Source: a virus
Taxonomy: Duplodnaviria > Caudoviricetes
Direction: 5' to 3' (one strand)
Virus record (IMG/VR): IMGVR_UViG_3300048611_000087
Location: 1-27,152 of that record
DNA: 27,152 nucleotides
Positions 24,580 to 27,152 of the stretch are shown here, one piece after another. The notes beneath the pieces are model-generated. The model made no database searches, was not told the DNA's origin, and worked only from the letters and a program-made list of their open reading frames with translations. Position 1 is the first letter of the stretch; each line of letters begins with the position of its first letter. The translations under genes and the position numbers were made by a program.

Positions 24580-24769
24580 TACGCCAAACTCCCTTATCAT
24601 CAATCCAAAAGCTTTGACCCTTAGATACCCAACGTCCTTCAATGTTGATAATGTATATATCTTTGTTGGGGTCAACCAAATGGATTATATCCTTAATCTC
24701 AATCCCTTCTGGTACGGATAAAAGTTTCTTCAAATCTTCTTTGCTTATCTCTGCAAAACCCTTATTCAA
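24572..24769 (-). CDS. Hypothetical 65-aa protein
   Basis: TTG start after a GAGGAGG-rich RBS at the portal end; fills the gap. Confidence 0.6.
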   Translation of the reverse strand: MNKGFAEISKEDLKKLLSVPEGIEIKDIIHLVDPNKDIYIINIEGRWVSKGQSFWIDDKGVWRNV

Positions 24770-26618
24770 TTTCTTCCTCCTCAGCCTCTAACAATGTTCC
24801 TAGTTCAGGCATTAGCTCATCAAACTCCTGCGAAAACTCTTCAACATCCTCCTCAGCAAGAGTAGCTATTTCTTCCTCAGTCTCATCCTCAGGAGCATAT
24901 CCTTCTGTCCCATCCGGGATGAAAGGTTCTCCTTGAATGTTAAATAAATCTTTTACATCCTCGATAGTCTCACATCGGGTTAGCATTGCTCGGATGTACT
25001 TGACCTCATCCTTGCTGATATGATCGGAGTAGAAGGTGTAGGCTTCCGGGCGATTGCCTTTATCCATCATCCTGATTGATACGGTTTTCCACTTCTTCAA
25101 ATCCAGGTCTCTCAATTCTTGTATACCCTCAGCCCTTAACAGTATCTCACCCACGCTAGGACTATACGCTCCATTCCCCATTTTTCTCAGGATACCCGCG
25201 ATTCTAAGCGTTTCTGCTTCATCGGTATCTAATGTGCCATTCTCCTCAGAATCATCAGAGAAAGCTGTTAAACCTGCTTCTATGGGCAATGATGGGTTAG
25301 GGTTACGTTCAGTTATTAAACTACCCTGAACGGCTTTCATCTCAGCAATACGTCCTGCACTCTTATAAGGTGCGCCGCCCACATCGGGATCAGGATGAGG
25401 CTCTCTGCCCTTCTCTTCCTGTACCTGATCCCAAGTCATTGCAGACCATTCGTGTTCCTCTTCCTTAATGTCTAATTCTATATTCCGAGGGCGGATGTCA
25501 TCAAACGTAACTCGATACTCAATCCCATAGGTAGGTATGATTATCTGGGCTGTCAAGTCCTCAGAGAACATCCTCATAATGGGCCAAGCGCCATAAGCTA
25601 CTGTGTTCTGTTCAGCCCTTTCGGAACTGGCCTTGTTTGCACTCTTATCCCAAAAACCATCAAATACCCCGAATATCCTACCTGCTTCACTTGCCATTCG
25701 TTGTCGAATGTCTCCACCTGAATCAGCCCTGCGCTGGGTGACATTCGCAACATCCATATCACCGCCCCTAATTCCCATAAACCTTAGCCCATCCTCTTGG
25801 GCGTTAATCAAATCCATTAAAGCGGTAGCAAATTCGGTATCATCCAAGTCAGGGCGAAATGAAATAATCTGTTTCAATTCTAATCCTAACTCGTAATCCC
25901 TCAAATCAAATTCAGCCGCCTCCCTGTCAATTTTCAACCCTAATAGATAAGCGTTAAGGTTGCTCCACCCTCTAAAATACTGGAATATGTTAGGGAAACG
26001 ATGATAGCAGATGTCCTCAGGTAGTAGGAGCTTTGGGGTTGCGCCGACTATAGGAGTATACGCAAAGCCTGCGTACATCTCATCCCCTTCACCTGGTATG
26101 GGGAGTACACGGGAAGCGGGTAGAGGGTACATTTCCAGTACCTCCCCTAAATCATTTCTGACTATCATCCAATATGCTTCCCCCTTCATTAGATACCAGA
26201 TGACTTGGTACAGCCAGACATAATACTGTGACATCCAAGGATTGGGGCGGCCTTCCAGAATAAGTTCAAAGGGATGCGCGTCAACTTCTTCCCATTTTTC
26301 TCTGGATTCCGTCGTATTCCTTACCTGTACCCTTAACTCTCCCTCAGCAACGATATGGGCCAAGATACGAGCATTAGAAAAAGCCCATGGGTTTTGCATT
26401 GCCAACCAAATGAATTGGGTTTCCGAATATCTGGCATAGTTGGCAATGCGATCAGCCGGAGTAGATTCAGAACGAATAATGACATCTGGCCCCGCTCTCA
26501 CTTGAGGAGGTAGATCGGCTTTGGTAGCCATGCCCGCATCCTTAGCCAGTTGTCTTCCCAACCAGTTAATTATCATTCCTTTGAAATTTATCTCAATAGG
26601 TTTGAGCGGACTATTCAT
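24762..26618 (-). CDS. Portal protein, HK97 family, with ~190-aa C-terminal extension
   Basis: 'HPFELIL..RPNPWMS', 'LMKGEAYW', 'EMYPLPASRV', 'EDICYHRFPN...FRGWS', 'RIFGV'. Confidence 0.93.
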   Translation of the reverse strand: MNSPLKPIEINFKGMIINWLGRQLAKDAGMATKADLPPQVRAGPDVIIRSESTPADRIANYARYSETQFIWLAMQNPWAFSNARILAHIVAEGELRVQVRNTTESREKWEEVDAHPFELILEGRPNPWMSQYYVWLYQVIWYLMKGEAYWMIVRNDLGEVLEMYPLPASRVLPIPGEGDEMYAGFAYTPIVGATPKLLLPEDICYHRFPNIFQYFRGWSNLNAYLLGLKIDREAAEFDLRDYELGLELKQIISFRPDLDDTEFATALMDLINAQEDGLRFMGIRGGDMDVANVTQRRADSGGDIRQRMASEAGRIFGVFDGFWDKSANKASSERAEQNTVAYGAWPIMRMFSEDLTAQIIIPTYGIEYRVTFDDIRPRNIELDIKEEEHEWSAMTWDQVQEEKGREPHPDPDVGGAPYKSAGRIAEMKAVQGSLITERNPNPSLPIEAGLTAFSDDSEENGTLDTDEAETLRIAGILRKMGNGAYSPSVGEILLRAEGIQELRDLDLKKWKTVSIRMMDKGNRPEAYTFYSDHISKDEVKYIRAMLTRCETIEDVKDLFNIQGEPFIPDGTEGYAPEDETEEEIATLAEEDVEEFSQEFDELMPELGTLLEAEEEEIE

Positions 26619-27152
26619 CTATCACCTTTTTTGGCTGTCTTGCGCCGTCATCGGTGGGGTCGATAGAATGACCAGTAGGAAGTAATAAACCTGTCTCTGG
26701 CGGTTTTTCTTGCCCTATAATGCCAAGTACCTTATCAAGTGGCTTAAACGTTACATCGCCGCCCTCACCAATATGGATGAAAGCTATAGGATTGTTAGTG
26801 TCAAACCATTCCTGTAGTTGCATCCCCAACTGTTGGGCTTCTTCTCGATTTACTCCCTCAATCACAATGGCATATCGTTTATCCCAATCCAGAACACAGA
26901 CCTGTTTGACATTTGATATACTCACAGTGGAAGGATTAGATTTTTGTTGGGCCTTCCATATAAGAAACTCCTTATAATCTTCTCCTACCATATCCCTTAA
27001 CTGATCCCCCAATTGTTTGAGGCTCATTACTTCTTCTCTCTCTTGCTGCAACTGCCTAAGTTTCTTGGTGAGGTTGTCTACAGCTTCCGTTTGAGCCAAA
27101 TGACTTACTTGTTCATCAAGCAAAGTATCCCAATCTCCTTTATCTTCCTCAT
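26611..27152 (-). CDS. Hypothetical protein upstream of portal (frame open to the window edge; start uncertain)
   Basis: ORF-track 170 aa, but the frame continues upstream (..EEDKGDWDTLLDEQ..). Coiled-coil N-terminal part. Confidence 0.65.
   Translation of the reverse strand, partial: EEDKGDWDTLLDEQVSHLAQTEAVDNLTKKLRQLQQEREEVMSLKQLGDQLRDMVGEDYKEFLIWKAQQKSNPSTVSISNVKQVCVLDWDKRYAIVIEGVNREEAQQLGMQLQEWFDTNNPIAFIHIGEGGDVTFKPLDKVLGIIGQEKPPETGLLLPTGHSIDPTDDGARQPKKVIDE

Larger units (their letters stand above)
1..27152 (-). mobile_element. Tailed phage/prophage (siphovirus-like) structural and lysis module, extending beyond both window ends
   Basis: Tightly packed co-oriented genes in the order portal, protease, HK97-type capsid, connector, tail tube, tape measure, tail tip, lysis. 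No sheath or baseplate-wedge genes recognised. Confidence 0.95.

Noticed and set aside
530-24675. ORF-track start positions at 805, 11717, 16101, 24310 and 24675
   Set aside because: Downstream ATGs (724, 11687, 16050, 24283, 24579) have clear Shine-Dalgarno sequences and avoid long overlaps or hairpins.
1618-26977. Numerous plus-strand ORFs of 60-181 aa and short nested minus-strand ORFs in the ORF track
   Set aside because: All lie within longer, motif-bearing minus-strand genes, have no recognisable motifs, and read as antisense or alternate-frame shadows.
1-27152. Genome-wide stop-codon reassignment, prompted by in-frame continuations at 2370 and 3998
   Set aside because: TAA, TAG and TGA all end well-formed genes (with ATGA/TAATG coupling), and coding density is already high under code 11.

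Overview
The whole window is one minus-strand morphogenesis and lysis operon of an HK97-fold, long non-contractile-tailed phage or prophage. Reading order is portal, an unusually large accessory block, prohead protease, major capsid, head completion, tail tube, tape measure, tail tip, beta-helix protein, probable glycoside-hydrolase lysin, holin, and a TadE-like pseudopilin. A C-terminal 'YLPIIRR' motif suggests a Chloroflexota (Anaerolineae-like) host; this is inference. No integrase, terminase, att site, tRNA or CRISPR array is visible. The most notable features are: (1) a dispersed palindrome CTTAAYRTTAAG, with 5 exact and 2 one-mismatch copies, several at gene starts; (2) a perfect TTGACA-17-TATAAT promoter firing antisense into a ~100-nt multi-hairpin non-coding segment; (3) a 2H-phosphoesterase (Acb1/LigT-like) domain fused to the prohead protease; (4) a caspase/CHAT-like cysteine protease in the head module; (5) a twin-arginine peptide carrying a copy of the capsid GGxxVP motif; (6) two E3-binding-domain proteins; and (7) several unannotated micro-ORFs and in-frame extensions. 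All family calls come from motif recognition by eye; no searches were run.
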